A stretch of 64,000 nt of DNA from contig NC_087437.1 of assembly GCF_036321535.1 (NCBI RefSeq), positions 84,880,001 to 84,944,000 of the forward strand, given 5' to 3'. This DNA comes from Camelus dromedarius (lineage: Eukaryota). The notes below the pieces were generated by a model, which was given only the letters and a program-made list of their open reading frames with translations, had not been told where the DNA came from and ran no database searches. The position numbers and the translations under genes were made by a program. Below are positions 1-12,059 of this stretch, piece by piece. Within the stretch, counting starts at the first letter, position 1. The number at the start of each line of letters is the position of its first letter.

Positions 1-1244
1 CATGAAAGATGCGTATAAAGATAACAGTAAGTTCATAAAGAGTGGAGCATTTAGGTATACCTGGAAAGATCAAGAGTTTTATGGAGAAGTAAGGACCTTG
101 AACTGTATCCTAAAACATGCTTAACAGTAGTAGCAAGATGGATAGACAGGGGAAAACGGGAAACCACAGAAGTGTTTAGGGTGCTGCTGGTATATCATGA
201 GAGTGTTTCCATCTAGTTCTATTTGGGATACATTTTATTTTTTCACTGACATTTCTGTCCTCATGACAGAAACTGCACCTTTATTTTTTAATCCCTGTGT
301 GTGTCACAAAACCTGACACTTATTAGAAACCCAGTAAATGTTTATAACAAACTAGTGACTTCGGTTAGTTTATGCAAGCTTTTAATAGAAGAGATGGCGT
401 CAAAATCTGTTTCATTGCCTCAGTTGACTTTTAAAAATATGTTGTATTCTTTACATATACAAGGAAGCTGATAAAAAAAAATGACATATGTGTAACCGAT
501 TTTCTATTTGGCTTTTAATTGGAGGCTTAAACATTTGTACCAGTAGGTGAGTGCCAAAGATTTTACATTTGTGAATTTTAATATTCTTTGCTCTACCTCA
601 AAATTAAATATTTGTGAAGTGACTGCATCACAAGAAAGATGGAATTTACACTCAAAGGAGAATTTTCATCATTCATTGACCAGAGACCCTTACTCCTTAA
701 TGAAAGTCTGTAATGTAAAACATTGCATTGCATGTGATATTTTCTGATCACATTTTTAGGTACATTTATAAACATTTAGGAATAGAATGCTCTTCAGCTT
801 TTTGAATCAGTTTCTTTATTCCACGCCTGCTTTCATAAGTGCTTTTCATTTATTCTCTGTCATGTACCTTTGGCTTGTGGTGATATTTATAACGAGTCAA
901 TCAGCAAAGGTGACTGACTGAATTGATTTATGCCAGATAGACCTATCCCCTTCACATATAAATGGCATGAACTCCATAAATCTAAGTTCTAAAGGTGCTA
1001 GCCACCTTTAATGAAAGCAGAGACGTTCACCCAAGAACAGTGAGCAATGCCTTTCCCCTCTGTTCTTTATGCTGTAAAGAGCAGGAGGAGTTCTAAGTTG
1101 GAGCTGACACAACTTTCCAGTATTTCCTGATTGCCACTTGTTTGATATGGCTTTTACATTTTAAGCTTTTGAATTTATAAATATTCTCGGAATTATTAAT
1201 TTCAGATACCCTCAGACATTAATCAGTCAGCAGGTATAAATAAT

Positions 1245-1497
1245 AAGACTCATATTTACTGAGTAATCACTTTACACCAGGCATTGAGGTGAGACATTTG
1301 CGATTTCATTTACTTTTCACAAAAATCTTCTATGCTAAGTATTAAGATGGTCAATATCATTTAGCTTTTGAAGAAACCAAAGCATTAGAGAAGTCAAGTA
1401 GGTTGTTCGCAGTCATGCCATAGTTAAGGACTGGAGCAAGAATTTAAACCTTTATAGTTGATCTCAGAGCCCAAGTGTTTAAACCCTATGCTACATG
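1245..1497 (-). mobile_element. MIR SINE, near full length and decayed
   Basis: Reverse-orientation MIR pattern: catatttactgagt...ccaggcattg...gaagaaaccaaagcattagagaagtcaagtaggttgttcgcagtcatgc...gaatttaaacc...tcagagcccaagtgtttaaaccctatgcta. Confidence 0.8.
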
Positions 1498-1763
1498 TCC
1501 TATCATCTACTGCAATCAGAACTACTACTACAGTGTATATAAATAAATATAGGTTTATAAGGGTCTTATACTCTAAATTGAAAAAGGTACAAATGTAATT
1601 AAATATAAACCTATGTAAGGGAATATATACATATATGTGTATTTGAAAGTTCAAATAATCATTCGAATAAAAAAGTCTAGGCATTAGTAGCAGAGAAAGA
1701 ATTAGAAAAATATTGAAATACTCTAGGAAGAGAGGAAGAGGAGGTGCTGTAGTTACTGTAATA

Positions 1764-1888
1764 TACTATACCATACTACACGATACTATACTATAATACA
1801 CTACACTGTACTATACTGTAATATACCATACTGTAATATACTACATGATACTATACTATAATATACTATGCTATAATGCAATATGATA
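1764..1888. repeat. Degenerate pentanucleotide microsatellite (ATACT)n
   Basis: Runs of tactatacca/tactacac/atactata/tactgtaata units. Confidence 0.85.
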
Positions 1889-2649
1889 AGAATGAAGTTA
1901 TGTGGAAGTTAGTTGGAAATGTGAGTCTCGCTAAGATACTCTTCCTTATGATAAATAAGTACTATTTATTATGTTTAATATTGTTTTCTAAGAAATGTAA
2001 TGATGGGACATGATTAAAGTGATGCTTAATCATAACTGTCAGAATCGGAAATCTGTTCCTTATAGCCATGTTTCACTAGGGAGTTAAAAGAGAAAATAGG
2101 CAACAGTCTGACTCATGGAATCTTAGAGACTGTTATTGGCAGCATGCTGCAGTGTGTCCATATTCACAAAAATGCTATATATGAATTTTGTTATTTATTA
2201 AAGTATAATTTTGTCTTCCAAAAACTATTCACTACTATCATACTGTAACAACTCATTAGCTGTAAACATTTCATACTTACTGAAATTATATATAAATATA
2301 TAAATATAAACAAATACGTATACCTGTGTGTGTGTATATATACATATATATACACAATTACATATATATATTCAAAAATGGGAAGCTTTGAAGTCTGTTT
2401 TGGTAATTATGAGCAATTTTCTAGGACTTCTTAATGAAGCACAGTCTAAAATATCACTTAACAAATGCCCTGAATCATCATCTCCCTTTTAAATCTTTCT
2501 GAAGGCTAATTAGGATATTTAAGGCCATATATGTTTTCCCTAATTTTAGCATATATGATAAAAATTTTAAAACATATGAATGTCCAGCCTTTGCCCTATT
2601 GTAGAGGTCCTACTAAATGGTAATATAGAATATAATCATGTTTTCAGAC

Positions 2650-2740
2650 CAGAGCTGCCACATACGGCTACACAGATTGTGTAATGCATAATTCTAGGAG
2701 ATGCCACTCACAGCATCACGTATGTGGTGGTCCCACTCCA
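2650..2740 (+). mobile_element. MER91-like hAT-Tip100 DNA transposon fragment
   Basis: cagagctgccacatacggctacacagattgtgtaatgcataattctaggagatgccactcaca resembles the recalled MER91 end (cagggcc...tgtgcactgcacaactctagggggcgccattcaca). Confidence 0.6.
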
Positions 2741-4386
2741 GACTCAATCTTCATTGACACCTTACGGAATATTAAGAATAAGAGGCCATTTAGGAAACAC
2801 AGACTTGGGGAAAAAGGAAATGGGACATGTTTATGTGCTTTCACACATCAGATGTAAACTTTAATTCTTTTAAAATCTGAGGGTTTTATGTAATAAAACT
2901 TAGTTTCTTTAATATTAACACAGATTTTGTGAAACTGAGCACTCGTTCATGACATAGACTTATGTCAGCCTTTAATTCACAAGGTGTGCAAGATATCTAC
3001 ATAGATTACAAGTGACAGATTATTTATATCTCAAAGGAGTAATTGATACTTGTGAATGTGTTTTATTTTTGTAATTTGAGCAATAAGTAATACTTCCCTT
3101 TCATTATTTCATGACCTAAATATAGCTGTAATGGGTAATAAAAGTGTTCTTATATTGAATTAGGGAAATGTTAGAGACTATAATAATTAGTTTTTTCATT
3201 AAAATTCCCCGGAAGAAAGTTGCTAGTAGAAAAAAATCCAGTTTTTGGAAACAGCTATTTTCAAATTATTTGAAAAATAATGGAAACTATCTAGAGCTCT
3301 ATTCAGCATTTGCAAAATGCTTGAATAGAAAAGCAAGTCACATCTCCAAGCTCAAGAGGAATATAAACCACAGACATTATTTTCTTTGTATTCATTTTGA
3401 CTAAAAGTATAAGTCATTATAATGGCTAGTTAAATAAGACCAAATAATTATGTTACATCTGAATTTGCATCTATTAGCCAGTCATTTATGCCCTTTATAC
3501 TAATGTCTATTTAATGCTTGATTGTCAGTTGCTACCATTTTACTTGAGAGCATGAGCTCAGTATTGAAAGGGTCATTTTAGACTAATACAAATGTGTTTT
3601 AATAATGTGGAAATGGGATTTATTATTTATTTGAATAAATAGAATTTTGAGCTAACAAAAAGACTTTCATTACAAGATGAGAACAAGAGCTACATAGTCA
3701 TGTTAGCATTACATTTCTTATTTCTTTTACATTCTATCATTAAAAAGCTGAAATTCCTGTGCACAGCAGAATCTAAATTAAGACAATTCTGGTGTTGAAA
3801 AATATTTATGTTACAAAATTCCTTTCTGAGTCATGTATACTGTGTTTCTAGTTTCATTGTCCTGGGTAGATGCACTGGGGCTTCAGCATAGAAGAGAGAT
3901 AGGAGGTATGAGGCAAGACAAAATGTGGTCTCATTTGACAGTTTTAAACAATGCACATCAAAATAATGTGTTAATTCAAGTTCAGCACCTCCTCTGAAAA
4001 GAAAAGAAATGTGACATTCTAGGTACTTTGTCATGTTAGAATTTACCAGAAGCCAATTTACATATAGATTTATTCTAACTAAACAAATCTTAAAATTGAG
4101 AAGTAAACCTGAGATTGTAAAGAGTTATTCCTACCCACAATCTTTTAGAAAACTTGCGCTTAGAATGTATTTTTTAGGGACTAGATGTTAAGATAAAAAT
4201 GCTGGTGGAGGAGAAGATGAACTGAGTCACTTTGTTCAGAGTGCTTTTCTTGTTTTCTTGACTCTTCTTTCTCATCTACCATGTTATCCTGGTCCACAAC
4301 TCCACCACATCTTCTGTTTAGGTAAAGGGTGACTCCTATAGATTTATGCACTAACTATGGGGAAAATAACTGTAATTGAACTGTCA

Positions 4387-5230
4387 CATTCACAAATTTC
4401 ATTTATTTGTCATTCAAGAGATAGTTGTGGGGTACTTAAATGAGTCACAGATTCTACAAGACATTTGTAATACAAAGCCCCCTGCCCTTTAGGGGCTGAC
4501 TCTAGCAAGGGATGCCAGGAATGTGTTCAGTATGTTAGATAAAAGTTCATAAATGCTCGGGTAGAGATATTGACACAGTGTTGTGGGAATCAAGAGAGGT
4601 GACATCAAAGTCGAATTGTAGGATCAAGGCAGAATTTAAAGAATAGATGGAAATTTGAAGAATAGAAGCTGGATTCAAAGGATGGATTGCAGTTAGTCAA
4701 CTAGAGATGTGTGGAAGAGAGTTGTAGGGATAGAGAGTGATGAGACCAAGATATTTTTTGTAAGATTCAGTGGTGTGTCCCATCATAGCTATGGGACTAG
4801 GTCTGTAAAACAGGAATGCATGCTATGTGTAGGAACTATGAAGCTAGGGAGATAGTTTTATTAGGTGTAGAGTTCTTGATTACATTTCAGAACATTTGTT
4901 CCAAGTGTAGTGACATGGCTAGGGTAGGGGAAGGTTCTAGGATGATTTGATATAAAGATCCAGTGAGACCTTAAATACAGTATATCAGGTGTGGAACAAA
5001 ACATTTCAGAACTAAGATACTGGCTTTATAGTCATAGGCCACAAACTAATTTGAAAGGTAGAATCATCCAGACTCCTCTTTCAACAGAGATTGAAGAAGC
5101 AAGAGAATAGATGGCTAACTGAAGTAGGATCACTAAAGAGGTTGAAAGGCATGGACTCCAAATGAAAACTAGGGATTAACAGACAGGAGGAGGGCCTCCT
5201 GTTTTAATCAGTTGATACTGAAGGCAAGTG
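4387..5230 (-). mobile_element. L2 LINE 3' region, decayed
   Basis: cattcacaaatttcatttatttgtcattcaa tail, then gccccctgccctttaggggctgactctag and the purine-rich body typical of antisense L2. Confidence 0.6.
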
Positions 5231-5909
5231 AAATGATTACAGATTGAGTATATTCTAAAGAATGGAGTACAAAACTAACAGAAATTTCATTAATAGTGTT
5301 CATTTTTTCCTATTTAAGTAGAGGGTAAAATTAATCCATTGCAGTTGAGGAGGGAATAGGAAAAGGTATTAAAGGACACTGATAAGTATTTGGAATGATT
5401 GATAAAAGGAATTGGGGAAGGAGATAATGAAGAGTTCCTGAACATGCTTTTGGAATCATTACCAAAGAAAATTTTTTGGTATATTTTATTTTTTGTTTGT
5501 TTGCTTTTTAAAAATGTCATACACAGCTGAAATAATCTGAATGTAACCTATTGACATGTATTGAAAAAGGGAGGAGAGGTGGGTACTGGATTTGAAGAAG
5601 CCCAAGAATTGTACTTATAGATAATCATTCAGTAATCACTCGCCTGTAAAAAGAATCATTACTTCACGAAAGTGCTTGTTTCTTGAGCACTTTCTGTATG
5701 CTACACATTATGCAAACATGAGAGAACATGAACTTCTTCGAGATGTTTACAATCTTATGAGGAATATACTTTATGCTTATAATATCAAACAAATGGACAT
5801 AATCATTTCTGTTTTCAAAGTCGTCTAATGTACTTAGAAATTCACTTCATACTCTAAATAGTATTACTTTTATTAATAAAATCATGTTTCTCATGTTATA
5901 ATTTGACAT

Positions 5910-6004
5910 ATGCATTTGTGTATTTATGCATATATATATGCATATGCATGCATGTATATAGTATGCATATATGTGTATGTATGCACATATGCATATTATA
6001 TATA
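5910..6004. repeat. (TATG)n/(TA)n low-complexity repeat
   Basis: tatgcatatatatatgcatatgcatgcatgtatata... Confidence 0.85.
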
Positions 6005-7382
6005 AAATGTATTTTGATTTGCTAAGTCATTCTAGAATTAGATGTAATTTTGCTGATATTTTATATTGATTTGATGGAGAATGACTTTGAGTAACTGTAT
6101 TTCTATACTTGTATATAAATATGGCTGAAAGTTGAATATTCCTACCCTCAAAAGATAGAAAGAATTACTACTAAGTAGTAAAGTGATCAGAATAGATTTG
6201 GAACCAATTTTCCTCCAGACTATTCTTCAATGCTCAATAAGAAAAGGAGTATATTGGAAACATATTTTTCCTGTTTTCATAAAGTGAATCAAGATCAATT
6301 GAAACATTCCTAAACTATTATGATTAATATCCTAAACTTGAACTAATTCAAGTGAAATATTAAGTGAGCCCATATTCTGAATATGATGTGTCATTTGATT
6401 ATATTGTCAATTTTAAATAATACTTTTACTGTAAAATATCTTAGTGGGAATAGAATTTGAGTAATTGAAAAGTGTCTTTATGTCAGCATTTTGCCTTAAA
6501 AACATCACCATATAATATAAAATTCTAATAAAAATTATTTTATCTGAAAAGTAAAGGTCCTTCTACTACATTCACAAATAATATTTGTGAGTATTCTAAT
6601 GGTAATAGGTAATTTCTTCAAGCATATCCAAAATACCTCCTCCAGTCTGAACAAATTTGGCCACCTCTTCCTCACTCTCAAAAGGTTTAAATCTAAAAGA
6701 AATATACAGTATAACAAATGAAAGCACTGAAAGAAAAATATTATTTTTTAGATGGAATCCTCTAGAAAATGAACCACCTACCTAGCTAATCCTGTGACTG
6801 GCATGTAGCAATCATTCAAACATCTGTTGCATGAATGAGTCAATGAAAGGAACATAAAAAAGGGCTTTCCTTTAGTACTAGACAAACATGGATGACTGAA
6901 ATGCTCTGTACCAGTGAAAATTAAACCTGAAACTTATTTCTTATTTGTAAAATGGGAATAATAATATCTCTTTTAAGATTGACAAAAGGTACAATTGAGA
7001 CTTTAATACATATCACCCAGGAGGATTTAGGGGTTTTTGTATTACAGGAAAACTGACCAATAAATGTAATCCCTTTGTTCTTTATCCCCCAACTTATTTC
7101 TGGTAAATTGACTCATAATATCATATGTATAAGTTTTTCATTTACTATGGGAACAGTTTTTTCTGTACAAAATTGTGTAGCAGTAAAATTTTTTAAATTT
7201 TCTTAACTTTTGAATTAAATATATTGAGAGAATCCTACATTTACAACTAGAACAACTAGGAAAAGAATCAAACTTGTATGAGGTTAACCACTTCCTTGCA
7301 AAACTACCAGCTGGATCTTATTTTTAAACAATCCTATACAGAAATCTAATTTCCTAAAACATTAAATCTCTGAAGAAAAAAT

Positions 7383-8080
7383 GAAAATTAAGATCAGATA
7401 TGCTTGGAATACAGAATACAATGAATGTCCTCTCACTCCAGCAGAGATGGGTTACTTTGGGGGACATCAATGTTGCTGTAGGATTGATGGTCAGATAAAC
7501 TTCAGATCTGTTTGTAGAGGCTAGAAACTTGAAAAAATAATAAGAAATTAGAGCATATTACTGAAACAGTACAGAAATTGGTATTTTTAGAGACAGAGAA
7601 ATGCTAGCTTCTAAGCCAGCATATAATAATCAAACTGTAGGAAGTATATAGAATTTAAACAACAGAAAGTTTCCATTTGTGCATCAAACTGCTATGCTGC
7701 CCTAGAAGGAGCTTATGACAAAGCAGATTTCCACTGTTATTTCTATGTTGAAATTCATCAATATACCTCAGTGTGAAGGTGAAAAGTGTTTTACATATAT
7801 GTCCATACTGGAAGACATATCCCAAAAGCCCATTGCAAAAGGAGTAAGGCTTAGAATGTCAGGAAGAGCCAGGATCAAATTCATGGAGGACCAATTTAAA
7901 GACTTGATGGCGCGAACAGCCATAAACATCACCAGTAGATTCTCTCTTGGTGAAGCTGATCAGGCATGAAAATGAGAAAGTGGACCCTATGAATGACTCC
8001 CTTTAGAATAAAGATGTATTTATATGGTCCAGATACAACTGTAAACTTGGGGAGCCTGACATGATACATTTATGCTGTTC
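7383..8080 (+). pseudogene. Decayed PNMA/MOAP1-like Ty3/Gypsy gag (capsid) fossil; either an ancient Gypsy internal sequence (MamGyp-type) or a dead PNMA-like retrocopy
   Basis: Manual translation across frameshifts gives collinear blocks matching recalled PNMA1: TPAEMGYFGG vs IPREMPGKGG; LEHITETVQKLVFLETEK vs LEHTNEVLEEWQVSDVEK; SICASNCYAALEGAY vs AITTAECLKALEQVF; KFINIPQCEGEKCFTYMSILEDISQKPIAKG vs KFLNTYQNPGEKLSAYVIRLEPLLQKVVEKG; PVDSLLVKLIRHENEK vs PNLFQLLVQIREEEAK. Multiple stops and frameshifts. Confidence 0.8.
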
Positions 8081-8156
8081 AGTGGACTCTGACAATGAAC
8101 TCCTAGTGGGTTTAGATAATTAATTTTTCCAACCACAGTTGAGATAGTCTCTAGAG

Positions 8157-8296
8157 CAGTGCCTCTCAAGCTTTAATGTGCATATGAATTACTTGGGGGT
8201 CTTCTTAAAAATGCAGATTTTGTTTTAGCAGGGCCAGATTGGTGCCTAAGATTCTGCATTTCTAACAAACTCCTAAATTGTGCTAATGCTGCTGTG
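8157..8296. mobile_element. MER5A hAT-Charlie MITE
   Basis: cagtgcctctcaagctttaatgtgcatatgaattacttggg...aaaaatgcagatt...gattctgcatttctaacaaactcc...tgctaatgctgctg. Confidence 0.85.
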
Positions 8297-11200
8297 TACA
8301 GACAAAATTAAGAAAGAAGAAGAATGCCAGAGCCAGCCTTGGCATCAAGTTGATGTCTGCAACATTTAATTGGTTTCCAGTGAATTTGTCAACAATTAGA
8401 CTGCTGTGATCACTCAGTCACTTTTCCTGTGATATTGTAAAGATTGCAACAAGATGGGATAATCTGGTGCTCACCAGATGACTGAGAAATATCACCGGTT
8501 CAAGGTAACACCACATTGTATTTAGTTACAGCAATGGTAGGCTTTGACGCAATTGCTCTGGGGAGCTGAAAAACTAATGATATGTCGGCCCCATCCCAGA
8601 TCAGTTAAGTCAGAAATTCTACAGTGAATTCCAATGAGAAGTCAACCTGAGTTAAGATCTCATGTTTCTTATTCCCCTTAATAGAGTCAAAAGTCTAGCA
8701 GAAAAGAGAATTAAGACCTAAGACCTTATGTCTTCTCAACAATGTTTTTCTCTCAAGTTTCAAGCTGTAATAGGGACACTGGTGGGCACAGAGAGACAAG
8801 CCAACCTGGGTAATAGCATGAAAAGCATCAAACGGTATAATCATTCAAGAAGAAGAGGCAATAGATCTGAAGACCAAAATTGTTCTCCCTGCCCTCACTC
8901 CAGCAACTTGATATATATTTACTCAAGGGAAACTGCAATGAGGAAATAAAAGAAAAATATGTTAAATTATAAAAATTTTATTACCTTTCTCCATTTTTCT
9001 GTCAACTGAAGTAAACTATTTTCTTGGCAGCTGTGGCTTTCATTGGAACCCCCCACTCACAAAGATAGCTGAAAGGGGTATTTGCTTACAGAACAGAAAA
9101 TAAGGAAAGTGAAACAAAACTGGAGGCACAAGGCCCCTGGGATACACCCCCACTGGAAGGACTCATTGGCATTGCTGAGTCTCTTTTCAAGCTCTTATTA
9201 GCTAGACCAGGCAAAGACACAGTTTTTATTCCATGAGTAAAATTTTGATTTGCTATACTAACTCATACTAGCTTTTGTAAATAAGACATCTAATTTTTTC
9301 TTTAATTAGCAAATCATTCTTCTTTCAGTCAAAAGTGATAATGGCTCTAAAATGTGATTTGTTCAATTTTTTTCTAATATATAATTATTAAATGAAGTGG
9401 TATATTTTCTCTCATGTAAATTTGTTGAGTCTATTACAGTTCATGTTAATATCCATACCCACCAAATTCCAGTCATTGCCTTTGAAAATATAATATTCCC
9501 AGGTTTATTAAATCTTATTACAGATTAAATACATATGGAGATTTCAAATTGGGCTTTACCTGTCTTAATTAGTATCAACCAGTTAAGTGCTGAATATTTG
9601 TGTTATAGACAGAGACTGAGAGTCAACGATGCACATTTAAAAAAAAAACACTTTTGAATCAAATAAACTATATGGTATTAGGTTACTGAATATATTTTCT
9701 CAAATGAAATTTGATTTTTTAATTAACTGATTCATTACATTAAAACATTTTAATATGTAGCTTTCTCTTTGTATGAGTTTTGTACATGTACTATACTGAG
9801 AAAAAAACTATGATTATGCAGAGAATATTTACAAATCTACATATAAGGTGTACTACTCATTTTTAATTGAAAATATATTCTTTATTTTCTATTGTTACTT
9901 CATGTTCTAGACATCTGCTTGCTCTCTATTATTATTATATATATTATTATTATAAAGAGTAAATGTTAGTAATTATTGCTTCTTACTTGCCTATTGTATG
10001 TATGCTCTGATACTAGGAACTATCATTTGGCTTTTGCAAGTGAATAGAAATTGGACAAGTTTTGCAATTTGCTTTTAAAATACCATGTAATAAGCTTTTT
10101 TAAACTTATACTAATAAAACATTTAAAGAGATTTTAAACACTACACCAATTTCTTTGTTATTTGCTTAGTTGCTTCATCATATGCTGCTGTCTTATTTTT
10201 CACAATGTAGGTAATTAGGCAAGGTAGGGGAGAACTTGGATGGCGCAACAAAAGCAGGTTGGCCTTATTAAAGGCCACAAAGCATTTATAAGGAGAAGTG
10301 ATTGACGTTAGCTCTTTAGGACATTGTTGTAACTATGCTGATGGATCATGAAGCCAGATAGTCAGGCAGAAGAAATAATTTTTCTATGGGAAAAATTTTA
10401 GTGGACCAATGACCAGCACTTCTAATATCTTGTCTGACAAATATTGTGGTCCAAAAATAATATAAACTTGGATCCTGTTTTTAAAATAATCTATTTATAG
10501 TGTAAAGATAGTTACTCTAGAATACTCTTTCCTGAGTTAAATCTGTAGATAGTATTTAGCTGGATATTTTTCACTTTGAAAATGAATTTTACTCTTTTCA
10601 CAATATTACTAGAATATATATACATATGTATTCATACCATAACTTCTATTTTTATATTTATGTTTAATTTTTAAACCTAGAGGGGAGCATAGAATAATGT
10701 AATCATACTCTTTCATTTTTAAAATAATAAACCTGAGACCTAAAGAACTTAAGTCAGTTTCTCAAGATTAGACATTGACAAGGAAAATAAGAAATCACCT
10801 TCTATCCACTGACTACAGATATGTTTTACAGCATTGGAGAGCCTTTTATATATAGCTGGTTATTGCTGACTCTTATGTGATTATTCCATGACCAAATTAC
10901 CAAATGTTTCCTTTATGGGGACTGAACAATAGTGGCTCTGATTTCTAAAATGAAGCACATATATCCAGGCCCCAAGTAAATTGATGTTTATCTATATTAT
11001 AAAACTTACTTTGATACTTTATAATATTCATGTACATTGTGGACGTCTACTAAAACACCCTGAAAACCAGATTATGTGTTACTGAATTATAACAATTTCA
11101 ATATTGCATATGGAGAAACAAAAGAAATATCACACACATATATAACTCAAATGGTCATTTTGAACCATGTGTTGAAGCATAACCAACACATTCTGAATGA

Positions 11201-12059
11201 TAGGTTTAAGAGGTTAAAAAATAATATCAAATACTATTTCAGTCATTTGTTTTGAATAACTGCACAATTCATTTGAATGAATGATTCATAACCAGTACTT
11301 TTAGCTTCAGAATTCTGTCACCATGTTAATCTAATTATACTATTATTGTTGTCAATATAGGCTAATTATTGAAAACAATTTTATTCAAAAAGTATTGAAA
11401 TAATGAAAAGTTCCTAAGGGGACACAATACTAATACATTTCATCTATAAGGGAATCAATAAGAAGAGACAGGAGTTCAAGAGATTATCTTGGAAAGCTTA
11501 GGGGTAAATTAAAAAAGATATTCATATTGTTTAAACTTTAAAAACTAGTACAAAAAAACTAGCATTATAGCTGGTAGTTTTCTCATTCACCATGTAGAGG
11601 AAGAGAATTTTAAAACTATACTGTTTTTGCTTATTTTGTTAAAAGTCACTTAGGTCTATTTTCAAGGCAATATTGTTCATTTCTGTGACCCAGAAGTAAG
11701 TTTTTCAAATACTCAAGGGCTTTGCCATCAATTGCCCAAACCATTACAATTTGGAGGTTATTGTTACTTTCTGTGCTGTGGAGTAAATATTATAATATTG
11801 TCTAAACTCAAATGGCTGCAAATAGAGTTAATGTTTCGTCTTTATGTGATGTCCATGATGTTAATTTCAAGTGCAGACAGTGAAATAGACCTGGTGTTTT
11901 TGTCGGTTTGTTTGTAGCATTTGGCCTTTTTAAAATCTCAGCTAATTTTATGGTTGCACCAAAACCAGATTCAGGATTCTGAAAAGATCCATTTCATGTA
12001 GTACCTTGGCTTTCCACTTGTGAATTTTATATTATAGCAAGTTGTGCCAACTGAGTGGG

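Noticed and set aside
541..552. Strong donor-like tag|gtgagt
   Set aside because: No convincing upstream acceptor with a coding frame; an isolated motif.
1764..1888. Repeat array that could be mistaken for CRISPR or an encoded pattern
   Set aside because: It is a simple degenerate 5-mer microsatellite without spacers, in mammalian DNA.
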